This document shows, in pieces, positions 19,327 through 28,780 of a DNA stretch of 64,000 bases (position 1 is the stretch's first letter; every line of letters starts with the position of its first letter). The position numbers and the translations under genes were made by a program. The stretch is taken from NCBI GenBank assembly GCA_963810275.1, contig CAWENF010000004.1, forward strand, positions 1-64,000, read 5' to 3'. The notes below the pieces were generated by a model, which was not told the origin of the DNA, made no database searches, and worked only from the letters and a program-made list of their open reading frames with translations. Source of the stretch: an uncultured archaeon (lineage in GTDB: Archaea; Thermoproteota; Bathyarchaeia; Bathyarchaeales; Bathycorpusculaceae).

Positions 19327-20256
19327 TTGGATATCATAAACGTCCGTTTACCCGACAAAGTCATATGGGAAGTAGATAAACTCGCCAAGAAACATGAATT
19401 AACCCGCTCCGAAGTCATGCGCCAAGCCCTAACCATCTATCTGCATTTAATAGAAAACGTCGGTAGCCTACTCCGACCAATAGCCTTCCAAGTCAAACCA
19501 GCACAACTCTCATACATGCGTAGGGGCGATGTTTCCATCATCAAACTTCCTACGGGCCACGCCATTGTTTCAGGTTCTACTTCCTCAGGTGCAGTTGGTC
19601 CTAAAGAACTTGACCAAGTCAAAGTAGACGGCAAAATACTTGGCAAGTTTCTGGCGCGGGTTGCATTGATGGATGTGGCGGCAACGGGTGCTTTCCCAGT
19701 TCAACTTTCATTAACGTTGGGTGTGGAGAAGGAACCCACAGGCAATCAGATAATTGAAGGCATCAGCCGCGAAGCCCGAACCATAGGTCTAGACCCCAAC
19801 ATGGTGTTGCTGGAAAACACCGAGGACAACTTCCAAACATGCCAAACCGGTGTAGGTTTAACCGTGGTGGGCTTAGCAAACGAGGATGAACTCCGCATCG
19901 GCAAAACCTTGCCCGGTGACTTGATTGTAGCAGTTGGTAGGCCCAAAGTCGGCCAAGAAGTAATTGCAGCGGAGGCACACGGCGAAATTGCTGACCTAAA
20001 AAATATCTCCCAACTCGCCCAGCGAAAATACGTCCACGATATTGCAGCAGTAGGGGGGTTTGGCATCGCCAGCGAGGCAAAGATGATGGCTTACGGCGTC
20101 GGCAGGCAAGCAAAACTATTGGATGTAGCGGGGTTGGATTCGGCTAAAACGGCGGGTCCGGCAACCGTAGTGTTAGTGACAATTGATAGAGAGCGGCTGG
20201 AAGATTTAGAGGCGCTTATCCCAAAACCAATCAACGTGGTGGGTGAAATACTCTAA
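19327..20256 (+). CDS. Fusion of an RHH DNA-binding domain and a CblS (alpha-ribazole kinase)-like AIR-synthase-fold domain
   Basis: N-terminal IINVRLPDKVIWEVDKLAKKHELTRSEVMRQAL, then SSGAVGPKELD, ARVALMD, TEDNFQTCQTGVG, GRPKVG, KTAGPAT. Confidence 0.8.
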   Translation: MDIINVRLPDKVIWEVDKLAKKHELTRSEVMRQALTIYLHLIENVGSLLRPIAFQVKPAQLSYMRRGDVSIIKLPTGHAIVSGSTSSGAVGPKELDQVKVDGKILGKFLARVALMDVAATGAFPVQLSLTLGVEKEPTGNQIIEGISREARTIGLDPNMVLLENTEDNFQTCQTGVGLTVVGLANEDELRIGKTLPGDLIVAVGRPKVGQEVIAAEAHGEIADLKNISQLAQRKYVHDIAAVGGFGIASEAKMMAYGVGRQAKLLDVAGLDSAKTAGPATVVLVTIDRERLEDLEALIPKPINVVGEIL

Positions 20257-20732
20257 GCCACATGTTTATCCAGAAGGTGTCCGTTGCGGTCGATTTCGCC
20301 TCTACGAATCCGCGTCGTGGAAATCGGGCGGTGATTCTCTGCTGGAACCAAAGCGACCGTGACTATTTTCAGCTTTGCAACCTGTGCCTGTTGACGTTTT
20401 TGGTTTATGGCCTCGCCCACATGTGCAGTTTCTTCACTAACAACTAATGCGTCAAAGTTTTTTGTCATCATCAACCCCAACGGGTCGTTTAGTGGGACAA
20501 TCTCTGCTCTTTGGTCCAAGCGCTGATCTTTTAAGTAAACCTCTAGGTCCCGCCTGCGTTGACTGTACGAGGCGGTTTTGTGAGGTTTACCCATTTGGGC
20601 CACGAACTCGTCTGAAGTTAAGCCGATGACGACTTTTTCTCCCACTTCAAAAGCTTTTCCTAAGAGGGCTCTGTGTCCCCTATGCAGTTGGTCGAAAGTT
20701 CCGCCGACAGCCACTTTTTTGAATCTCGTCAT
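20253..20732 (-). CDS. coaD: Phosphopantetheine adenylyltransferase (archaeal type)
   Basis: VGGTFDQLHRGH, LVVSEET, ISTTRIRRGEID. Confidence 0.92.
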   Translation of the reverse strand: MTRFKKVAVGGTFDQLHRGHRALLGKAFEVGEKVVIGLTSDEFVAQMGKPHKTASYSQRRRDLEVYLKDQRLDQRAEIVPLNDPLGLMMTKNFDALVVSEETAHVGEAINQKRQQAQVAKLKIVTVALVPAENHRPISTTRIRRGEIDRNGHLLDKHVA

Positions 20733-21661
20733 TTTATCAGTCTAGCGCCCTGGAAATCAATTCTGCTGTTAAACACTTGTTCTTTTGGCAGTATCTGCTT
20801 AAAAGCTTCCTCCACCCCGTATGCATGTTGCTCATGTACAACAGCATGCACTGCCTCGCCAATCATATTCTGAGCGGCACCAACCGCACCTGCCTGCTCG
20901 GCGGCTTTTATGAGTTTGCGGACGTTTTCTGTGGAGTATCCTGACTTCTCCGAAAACAGTTTGCACTGCGCTAAAAAATTCTCCAAAATAGGCTTAGTCA
21001 AAATTGCTCCGAGAGTTTTTTTGCCTTCACAGTTGATTTTTTCTTTTTTCTCGGGTGAGGTGAATACGGGTTTTTTTGGGATAAGTGAGGGGCAGTAGCC
21101 GATCACCATTACGAGGCTTGGTGATATGGGGATGCGGTCTGTTTTGCAGAATCCGGGTGCTCCGGGTTTGGTTACGAGGATGAGACCGCTTCCAGAAGTT
21201 AGCGAGCTGACTGTGCCCAGTCCTGTTTGGCACTGTATTTCAGCAACGTGGGCAGCTTGTCCAATTTGGTTGTAAGTCAGCGGCAAATTTGTGGCTTCTT
21301 TGAGCGCTAACCCAGCTGTTAGAGCGCCGCCTGCACTGGTTCCGAAACCCATGCCAATGGGCACCTCGATTTGGTGCTCAACTTTGACAGTGTAATTTTC
21401 GTCGGTTTTATCGAGAAGTGTTTTTATGATGTGCCTGGTGGTTTTAGCTTGAGTTGTTTTTCCGTTAATCCATACCGAAACAGAGTTCTTTTTTGTTTCT
21501 TCGACTGTGACAGTAGTGTAAACTCCTCTCTCGAGGCCGAAGCCGCCACCGATTGAACCCATCCTGTTCAAGTCTGCTATTGGATTGCCTGCTTTGGAGT
21601 CGTGGATTTGAAAAAAGCTGGAGATAGCTCCTGGTGCAAATGCTTTTGCGCTTTTTATCAC
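20729..21661 (-). CDS. pok: Pantoate kinase (GHMP family)
   Basis: AFAPGAISSFF, GSIGGG, PIGMGFGTSAG, AHVAEI..TGLGTV, AQNMIGEAV. Confidence 0.88.
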   Translation of the reverse strand: MIKSAKAFAPGAISSFFQIHDSKAGNPIADLNRMGSIGGGFGLERGVYTTVTVEETKKNSVSVWINGKTTQAKTTRHIIKTLLDKTDENYTVKVEHQIEVPIGMGFGTSAGGALTAGLALKEATNLPLTYNQIGQAAHVAEIQCQTGLGTVSSLTSGSGLILVTKPGAPGFCKTDRIPISPSLVMVIGYCPSLIPKKPVFTSPEKKEKINCEGKKTLGAILTKPILENFLAQCKLFSEKSGYSTENVRKLIKAAEQAGAVGAAQNMIGEAVHAVVHEQHAYGVEEAFKQILPKEQVFNSRIDFQGARLIK

Positions 21662-22419
21662 AGTTTTTCACTTATTCGGGGATTCAGACTGGTGCTATTC
21701 CTTAAACTAGGAAACGCCCTGTAACATGCTTTTATAATTGGTGGTCCTGCAAGAAGCACAAATGGGACTTCTGTGGCAAATGTCCAAACGAATAGTGGGA
21801 TAATGTATATTGCTGCAAAAGGCGCTCCGAAGTAGTTAAGGAAGAATGGACTGACCGCCCAGACAGTTACAGAGAGCAAAGCTGCGCCTACAAGTTGGCC
21901 GAGTACAGCGCCTATGGCGTAACTTCTCCATTCTTTGTATCGGATGGATACTGCTGCTATTACTGTAAGGCTTAAGACGATTGTTAATACAAAAGTTAGC
22001 AGAAATGCTTCAGAGGATAACCCCGTGAAAGCGACGAAGTCAGGGAGAAAAACTATTGCTGGAACAAGTAAGCCAATTGCAGCGATTGTTACGCCTATTA
22101 GGGCTTTTTTTAGGCTGATGTTTCTACATGCTATGTAGCCGATTAAAAAGAACACGATAAAGTTTGCCGGTACCCCTGCAGATAGGCTTAAGGCGGGGAT
22201 GCCGTGGATAGCCATGTCCCGTATGAAGATGCCGATTGCCGCGCTTAGTCCGCCGACCCATGGGCCGTAGAGCACGGCGAAAACGGCTGGTATCACTACA
22301 GCGGGCAGAAAGCCGACTCCTAAGAAATTGAATCCTGCAGTTAATATTCCAAATGCAGCGTAAAGTGCTGCGCTGATTGCTATGACAACTATATCGAATG
22401 TTTTGAAGTGAGTGTTCAA
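21658..22419 (-). CDS. ECF transporter S-component
   Basis: IAISAALYAA, PAVVIPAVFAVLYGPWVGGLSAAIG; multi-TM; first gene of the CoA operon. Confidence 0.8.
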   Translation of the reverse strand: MNTHFKTFDIVVIAISAALYAAFGILTAGFNFLGVGFLPAVVIPAVFAVLYGPWVGGLSAAIGIFIRDMAIHGIPALSLSAGVPANFIVFFLIGYIACRNISLKKALIGVTIAAIGLLVPAIVFLPDFVAFTGLSSEAFLLTFVLTIVLSLTVIAAVSIRYKEWRSYAIGAVLGQLVGAALLSVTVWAVSPFFLNYFGAPFAAIYIIPLFVWTFATEVPFVLLAGPPIIKACYRAFPSLRNSTSLNPRISEKL

Positions 22420-22615
22420 TATGGTTCCCTTTGAATTCAGGATAACGTTTGTGATAAACTGCTTCGTTTAAGCATTCCGTTTATAACATTTAAACGTGAT
22501 TAAACAGTAAAAACAGTCTTATACTCTGATCTTTTTTATTGAGCAGAAAGTTGCGAACTTCTTTCTTTGGTGAACTCAAACTTTCTATTGAAAGAAGAGA
22601 AGAAAAATAACTTTG

Positions 22616-22936
22616 TTATTTCTTGTGGCGTTTTATGCGGTCTTGCCTTTGCTCTTTTTTGCGCCAATCCCGTTTACGCTGAGTCTGCATAGAGAAGCGC
22701 TCATGGCGTGGAGCATCAACCTGGCGGAACCGCGAAACATTCATGTAGAAGACTTCAGTGTCAATTTTGCCTTCGTTTAAATCCATAATGTTCTGGTTTA
22801 GCTCAACTTTTGCTTGGTTGTCACGTGCCTTGTCAAAGGATTCCTCGTAAACAAGGTAGGCAGCGTGGAAGGGGAAATTTTCGGGGTCATCGATTAAAAG
22901 TTTTTGTGGACTTTGTGTGTTTGGTTGTTCGGTCAT
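22616..22936 (-). CDS. Hypothetical protein with a basic C-terminus
   Basis: ORF from ATG at 22936, followed by T-rich terminator-like sequence. Confidence 0.7.
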   Translation of the reverse strand: MTEQPNTQSPQKLLIDDPENFPFHAAYLVYEESFDKARDNQAKVELNQNIMDLNEGKIDTEVFYMNVSRFRQVDAPRHERFSMQTQRKRDWRKKEQRQDRIKRHKK

Positions 22937-23123
22937 TTTGATCGCTTTAGATAGGCAATGATTGTTTTTCACCCTTTTATAGGTGTGCCTTATGGGACGC
23001 TGTCTTTAAGCGGTTTTAGTTCCAGCCTTGCTTAGGGTATGATTGGTTTCGATTGCTGTGCAATAGTTTTCGTATTGGATTAACAAAAGCGAGAAAAAGA
23101 AGAAATCAAGGATTATTGCGGGT

Positions 23124-23294
23124 TCAAAGGAAACTGCGTTGGTAGCAGTCTTCATGCCGAATTGCGATGCATTTTCGGGTTGCTACTTGTTGTCCTTCAC
23201 AGATGGGTTTGTGACAGATGGGGCAGACAAGGTTGCCTTTCTTTTGAATTCGAATTAGATGCCGATGAGTTAGTACATAATGGTTTAGTGCCAT
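23124..23294 (-). CDS. Small LIM-like zinc-finger protein, 56 aa, not in ORF track
   Basis: MALNHYVLTHRHLIRIQKKGNLVCPICHKPICEGQQVATRKCIAIRHEDCYQRSFL* has CxxC..HxxC, with BRE/TATA upstream. Confidence 0.7.
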   Translation of the reverse strand: MALNHYVLTHRHLIRIQKKGNLVCPICHKPICEGQQVATRKCIAIRHEDCYQRSFL

Positions 23295-23341
23295 ATTCAC
23301 TCACATGAACCCATGGTTTTTCTACGGTTAAAACGGTTTTT

Positions 23342-23445
23342 ATCAAGGGTTCTGGACTAAGGGTTGGTCTAATTTCCTTGACTAACTAAAAACAAACCTG
23401 AACTTACCATGCTGAGATGTTTTTTGCTTGTCAAGATTTCTTGAC
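23342..23445 (-). promoter_or_regulatory. GTCAA-N6-TTGAC site cluster (one pair plus a single site)
   Basis: Sites at 23342-23357, 23367-23382 (25-bp period) and 23430-23445 (GTCAAGATTTCTTGAC). Confidence 0.65.
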
Positions 23446-23652
23446 TACCATTTTTTCTATGCAAAAAGCTTGCAAAGTTCATTTTCTGAAGTGTGCTTAA
23501 CTTGTTTTGCCTTTATGTGGGTGGGGCACAAGTTGACAACCCTTTTTTCCTTAATTTTTTCCCAAAAAACCCCAAAAGTATTTTTGGCAAACTGTACTTG
23601 CCCAAGCGAATGCTTTTTGTTTGTTTGCTTTGCATACTATTGTCAGTGAAAA

Positions 23653-24540
23653 TTGGTGCCGCTACTATCCAGGTTTGACCCATGGCGTTCCAGCCTCTGC
23701 ACATGCCCAGCAAAGCTGACGTTTAACCCATATACGGGCTGCACCCATGGCTGCCTCTATTGCTACGCCACCAGCTACGTAAAAAAACACGGCGACTGCC
23801 ACCCCAAAAAAGACTTTCTACAAGCCCTGCGACGAGAAACATCAAGACTCAGGGGCGAAACGATTTCGCTTTGCAACTCCTCCGACCCTTACCCCACCAT
23901 TGAAGCCTCCGAGGGTCTGATGCGCCGGTGCCTTAAGGTGCTCTCGGATTGCGATTGCAGAATTCAAATCATAACCAAAAGTGACCTCGTCACCCGTGAC
24001 GACGACCTGCTAACAAAGGTACCCTCAACGGTGGCATTGACGATAACCTCACTCGAATACCAACTCGCCAGCGTTCTTGAACCCAACGCGCCAGCGCCGA
24101 GCCGACGTATCCGAGCCGCAGCCGACCTCCACAAGGCAGGCATACCAGTGTCAGTGCGAATCGACCCCCTAATCCCCGGGATAAACGACCACCCCCAGCA
24201 ACTCATAGCGGAGTTGGCAGAGGTAGGCGTTAAGCATGTAACCGCATCCACCTACAAAGCCAAACCCGACAACTGGGCACGGCTTGCAGCAGCATTCCCC
24301 AAAGAGATGGAAGTTCTCAAACCTCTGTACTTCTCAAAAGGTGCGCGGGTAGCAGGCAACGTGCTTCTGCCCAAAGATTACCGTTTCAAGCTGCTCAAAG
24401 GGGTGAGGGATTGTGTGGAGGCGCATGGGATGCGGTTTAGCGTATGCCGCGAAGATTTAGCGGAGTTGAACACGGCGGCATGCGACGGGTCATGGATGAT
24501 GCCACAACAGGAGGAGGCAAAACAACGCAGACTCGAGTAA
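23653..24540 (+). CDS. Radical SAM protein, spore photoproduct lyase-like family
   Basis: NPYTGCTHGCLYCYA, SDPYPTIE, ITKS, VRIDPLIP. Confidence 0.88.
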   Translation: MVPLLSRFDPWRSSLCTCPAKLTFNPYTGCTHGCLYCYATSYVKKHGDCHPKKDFLQALRRETSRLRGETISLCNSSDPYPTIEASEGLMRRCLKVLSDCDCRIQIITKSDLVTRDDDLLTKVPSTVALTITSLEYQLASVLEPNAPAPSRRIRAAADLHKAGIPVSVRIDPLIPGINDHPQQLIAELAEVGVKHVTASTYKAKPDNWARLAAAFPKEMEVLKPLYFSKGARVAGNVLLPKDYRFKLLKGVRDCVEAHGMRFSVCREDLAELNTAACDGSWMMPQQEEAKQRRLE

Positions 24541-25628
24541 TCTTCCTAGCAGATTTCGACTACTTCTTTGCCCAGTGCGAGGAGCTGCGAAACCCCTCAA
24601 TCAAAGACAAACCCATCGTAGTCGGCGTCTACTCGGGCAGGACAGAGGACAGCGGTGCAGTCTCAACAAGTAACTACATCGCCCGCGAGTACGGCGTCAA
24701 ATCTGGGTTGCCTTTGTTCATGGCGAAACGCAGGCTGGAAGGCACAGACGCCGTGTTCTTCAAAGTCGACCACGAATACTACGAGCAAATCAGCAACCGC
24801 ATCATGAACATTTTCCGCACCTACGCCACCTCAATAGAGCAAGTCAGCATCGACGAAGCCTACTTGGACCTGACAGAGCAAGTGGAAGGCAGCTACGAGA
24901 AAGCACGGGTGTACGCGGAGAAAATCAAATCCGACGTGAAGGCGCAGGTTGGCATCTCATTAACCATAGGCGTAGGCCCAAACAAGCTTGTGGCTAAAAT
25001 TGCCTGTGACAGCCAAAAACCCGACGGCTTAACCATCGTGCGCCCTGAAGAATCAGTGGAGTTTTTGGCGCCGATGCCCGTGAACCGCCTGCTCGGGGTG
25101 GGCAAGAAGACCACTTTACGCATGGAGCAAATGGGCATAAAAACCATCGCTGACCTCGCAAGCCACGACTGCCAAGTCCTAATCGAAGTGTTTGGCAAAG
25201 CTTTGGGCTTATACTTCCATAACGCTGCCAACGCTGTGGATAATTCGCCCGTTCAGGAAAGCGGCGAGGCGGAATCTATTAGCAAAATCGGAACGCTCAA
25301 GCAAGACACCCACGACTTGGAATTTATAATGCAGAAATGCGAGGAACTAACTGATATAGTGTTTCGCGAGGTAGCGGAGAAAGGTTACAGTTACAAAACA
25401 GTGTCGATTTACATGGTCCACGTGGATTTGTCCAGCAAAACCCGTTCAGTGACGCTTGAGCAACCTGCTAAAGACAAAGAAACAATTCTGCGTAACGTGC
25501 GGATGCTTTTCGATAAATTCCTCTATGAGTCGCCAATGGAAATCCGTCGCGTCGGCGTCAAAGTCTCCTCTTTTAACAAAGAAGAACCCCGACAGAAATC
25601 ATTGATGAGCTTTTTTGGCTCCGCCTAG
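24492..25628 (+). CDS. dinB: DNA polymerase IV (Y-family, Dbh/DinB); start uncertain
   Basis: LADFDYFFAQCEE, SNYIAREYGVKSG, SIDEAYLD, GVGPNKLVAKIA, KPDG, C-terminal PIP-like QKSLMSFF. Confidence 0.95.
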   Translation: MDDATTGGGKTTQTRVIFLADFDYFFAQCEELRNPSIKDKPIVVGVYSGRTEDSGAVSTSNYIAREYGVKSGLPLFMAKRRLEGTDAVFFKVDHEYYEQISNRIMNIFRTYATSIEQVSIDEAYLDLTEQVEGSYEKARVYAEKIKSDVKAQVGISLTIGVGPNKLVAKIACDSQKPDGLTIVRPEESVEFLAPMPVNRLLGVGKKTTLRMEQMGIKTIADLASHDCQVLIEVFGKALGLYFHNAANAVDNSPVQESGEAESISKIGTLKQDTHDLEFIMQKCEELTDIVFREVAEKGYSYKTVSIYMVHVDLSSKTRSVTLEQPAKDKETILRNVRMLFDKFLYESPMEIRRVGVKVSSFNKEEPRQKSLMSFFGSA

Positions 25629-25678
25629 ATTGGGAAGGTTTTTCTTTCCCAGCAGGAACTATTATTTGGTGAACTTTT

Positions 25679-26260
25679 TTGTCTAAGCACAAGTTGCCTC
25701 CAGACCAACACGCAACTGATCATCTTTTGCGTTGGGGCACGGAGCACCCCGGCATCACGGCATCTAACCCTCAGTTTAGTCTTGCCACTTGGACTTTGAC
25801 GGTAAACGGTGAAGTCGAAAACCCCGTTAAGTTGAACTGGCAAGACTTCCTTGCATTGCCCCAGACTGAGTCGACTAGCGATTTTCACTGTGTGGAAGGC
25901 TGGAGTGTGCTGGATTGCCGCTGGACAGGCGTCAAAATCACTGACATCGAGCAGCTTGTTAAGCCAAAACCCGATGCTAAGGCAGTTACGTTTGAATGCG
26001 CCGACGGCTACATTACTTCACTCTACCTTGAGGAGTTGGCGGGCGACGACGTGCTGCTTGTGCACAAATTGAACGGCAAAGTGTTGGAGGCGGGCTGGGG
26101 TTTCCCAATGCGCCTCATCGTTCCGCAGAAGTACGCATACAAAAGCGCCCTTTGGGTTGTGCAATTGCGATTCACCAAAAACAAGGAGCTGGGGTTCTGG
26201 GAGAAGCGGGGCTACAGCGACAGCGCAGACGTTTGGCGTAACGACCGCTTTAGACATTAG
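25679..26260 (+). CDS. Molybdopterin-dependent oxidoreductase (sulfite oxidase-like)
   Basis: DFHCVEGWS, GFPMRLIVPQKYAYKSALW, GFWEKRGY. Confidence 0.9.
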   Translation: MSKHKLPPDQHATDHLLRWGTEHPGITASNPQFSLATWTLTVNGEVENPVKLNWQDFLALPQTESTSDFHCVEGWSVLDCRWTGVKITDIEQLVKPKPDAKAVTFECADGYITSLYLEELAGDDVLLVHKLNGKVLEAGWGFPMRLIVPQKYAYKSALWVVQLRFTKNKELGFWEKRGYSDSADVWRNDRFRH

Positions 26261-26405
26261 CTGGGTTAGCGTTTAATTCAGCCGCGCTGTGGTTGTGTTG
26301 CTGTTTACAAAAGCGTATTTGCATCTGTTGGTGTTTTTGAGTAATTCAATAAGGTTTATTAGATAATTGTGATACTTTGTTGGCTCTCTAATAGGAGCAG
26401 ATGAT

Positions 26406-26519
26406 ATGTCACAAAACAGCAGCTTAGAGTTGGCTAAAAAAGCCCTTAACGACGAAGAGGCTGCGGCTGAGCTGAAACGCAAAGAAGCCCAAGAAGCACT
26501 CTACTTAACCAGAGTATAA
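26406..26519 (+). CDS. Putative 37-aa helical microprotein, not in ORF track
   Basis: MSQNSSLELAKKALNDEEAAAELKRKEAQEALYLTRV*, with SD GGAG and an upstream TTTATTA box. Confidence 0.5.
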   Translation: MSQNSSLELAKKALNDEEAAAELKRKEAQEALYLTRV

Positions 26520-26587
26520 CTCGCGATTTATCGGTTGAATTCTTTTATAGCAGTCCACAATCCGTCTATATAAACGGATGAATCAGC

Positions 26588-27040
26588 ATGGAATACACCG
26601 AAACATCTCTTGGCAGAATCTTCATACTCAGACTTCACCAAAACGACACAATCCACGAAGCCGTGGAGAAATTCGCCAAAGAAAAACAAATTCAAAACGC
26701 CATGTGCTTCTTTTTGGGCGGCGCTGAGGCAGGCAGCAAACTCGTCGTCGGACCCAAAGACGGCAAGGCATTGCCTCCGGAAATTCTACTCACCCAGCTT
26801 ATAGGTGTGCATGAGGGCTTCGGCGTAGGCACGCTGTTCCAAAATGAGCAGGGCAACTATAAACTTCACATGCATGGGAGCTTTGGCAGAAACGACGCCC
26901 CAGCCAACGCCGTAACGGGCTGCGTCCGAGCGGGTGTGCAAGTGTGGACAATTGGAGAAGTCGCCATCTTTGAGCTTAAAGGCTCCTCTGCAATGCGCAA
27001 GAAAGATGCTGCAACTGGTTTTGAAATGCTCGAATGCTAA
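26588..27040 (+). CDS. PPC domain (DUF296) protein
   Basis: GRIFILRLH, GVGTLF, LHMHGSFG, GE motif. Confidence 0.88.
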   Translation: MEYTETSLGRIFILRLHQNDTIHEAVEKFAKEKQIQNAMCFFLGGAEAGSKLVVGPKDGKALPPEILLTQLIGVHEGFGVGTLFQNEQGNYKLHMHGSFGRNDAPANAVTGCVRAGVQVWTIGEVAIFELKGSSAMRKKDAATGFEMLEC

Positions 27041-27041
27041 G

Positions 27042-28766
27042 TTAGCCTAGAAAGCGAACTAAGAAGATACGATAACCCATCCATCCGTAGAAATCTCCCC
27101 AGAACGGCTGGTCAGTTGGGTCGCCAAAACGCCCAGTTTCGGAAATCATCTCCCGGACCTGCTCGTAAGTTAGCGTTGTATTGAAGAATTCGGCGTTTTC
27201 TCCAAAGTCATAGATAATTATGTATTTGACGTTACGTTCAACACAGAGGTTTGTAAATTCTGTTATGTTAAAATCAGGTTTGAAGGCGTCAACTGCGAGG
27301 GAGGGGTACTGCCAAACTTGGTCGCTTGACATGTTGGCGGGAAGGTAGAAGCGGAACATGTCTTGACTGAGTAGGTTAAAGCTGCATACAAGCACCGCAG
27401 ACTGGTTAGCGTCAAGGTGTCCTGATAGGTACGCGGTGGCTTCCTGCACTGGGATATGAATTTGGTCGCGAACCGTCATCTGATACGACTCGTAACTCGC
27501 ATAAGCCACGGCCCCTGCAATAAGCAAAATGAATGCGACGGATGCGGCTTTCTTGTATTTGCGCACGTTTATTTCGGGTTCTTTAAGTTGCCACACTTTA
27601 ACTTTGCCGTATAGATACCAAATAAAACAAGTGGCGGATATGGCAAGAATCGGGAACAGCGGCGTGACGTAGCGCCACTGCCTGTTGGGTATGAACGTGA
27701 AAAATGCGAAGATAACAAGGAACCATGTGAGGAGGAAGATGTCATTTTTGTTTCTGCGGTATGCAAACATGCCTAGTCCAAACAAGCCTAGTATCATTAT
27801 GGGCAGGGTGATGGGGTGGACATCTATGTTTTCAAAGGGCCATGTCATTTCCACAATGTAGTAGATAGGCAGGGGCTGGAAGCGGTTGCTGTAGGCTGGT
27901 CGGTCTTGTCCGCCTTCGCTCATGACGTACTGAATGGTTTCGAATTTGGTTGTGCCGTTGTAGTGATAGATAATTGCGAACCAAGGGACTACCACCAGCA
28001 CCACGATTATGATTATTACTGCGAATTTGGCGAGGTTTAGTTTTAGTCGTTTTCTTGCCAGAAACAGTATGCTAAGCAGCATCGCCAAGGCGGCAACAAT
28101 GATTTGGTACTTCGCCAGCACCCCAATCCCCAAGGCCAAACCGCTGAGCAGAAGCGCACTTTTACTGCCCTGATTGTTAAGCCAACTGTAAAACGCAAAC
28201 ATCGCCAACGTAAAGAAAAATATGAGCATGGTTTCAAGCATGGTAACGCGGGACAGCCAGAAGAAACCCGGCATCGTACTCAGCAGCACAGCGGCGATTA
28301 GAGCGTGTTTTTCTCCGTAAACTCGTTTAGTGAATTCAAACACCAACCAAATACTGAGCACGGCAAACAAAACAGCGATGGAGCGCCCCGCAATTTCTGA
28401 AACACCCAGTACACCAAAAGCGCCCGTGGTGAGTAAGTCAAACAGCGGCGGATAGTACCCGTAGGTGGTTATGTAGAACTGAGTGTGCCCCTCAATTAGC
28501 AGCTTGGCGCCTTGAAGGTGGGGCATTTCGTCCCACTGCACCGACATGTACCCCAAACTGTAGCTAGCAGCCACCGCAAAAACCAGCATGAACAAAAGCA
28601 ACAATAGGCGGATTTTGTGGCGCTGCAAAAAACCATTGCCGTATTTGTAAAGTTGCCTGATGCATGTTTGAGCTATGAGGAGCATCCCCGTTTTTAAGTG
28701 AAAAATAGAGGTTGGGCCAAATATTAGAGTTTGTGAAAAACCCACATGAGCGTTTAGGTAGAGCAT
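27042..28766 (-). CDS. GT-C fold glycosyltransferase (family 39/ArnT-like); start likely further downstream
   Basis: WDEMPH, YYPPLF, MLET, LAKY, RYVTPLFP; many TM helices. Confidence 0.88.
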   Translation of the reverse strand: MLYLNAHVGFSQTLIFGPTSIFHLKTGMLLIAQTCIRQLYKYGNGFLQRHKIRLLLLLFMLVFAVAASYSLGYMSVQWDEMPHLQGAKLLIEGHTQFYITTYGYYPPLFDLLTTGAFGVLGVSEIAGRSIAVLFAVLSIWLVFEFTKRVYGEKHALIAAVLLSTMPGFFWLSRVTMLETMLIFFFTLAMFAFYSWLNNQGSKSALLLSGLALGIGVLAKYQIIVAALAMLLSILFLARKRLKLNLAKFAVIIIIVVLVVVPWFAIIYHYNGTTKFETIQYVMSEGGQDRPAYSNRFQPLPIYYIVEMTWPFENIDVHPITLPIMILGLFGLGMFAYRRNKNDIFLLTWFLVIFAFFTFIPNRQWRYVTPLFPILAISATCFIWYLYGKVKVWQLKEPEINVRKYKKAASVAFILLIAGAVAYASYESYQMTVRDQIHIPVQEATAYLSGHLDANQSAVLVCSFNLLSQDMFRFYLPANMSSDQVWQYPSLAVDAFKPDFNITEFTNLCVERNVKYIIIYDFGENAEFFNTTLTYEQVREMISETGRFGDPTDQPFWGDFYGWMGYRIFLVRFLG

Positions 28767-28780
28767 TGTGCAAGTGATTT

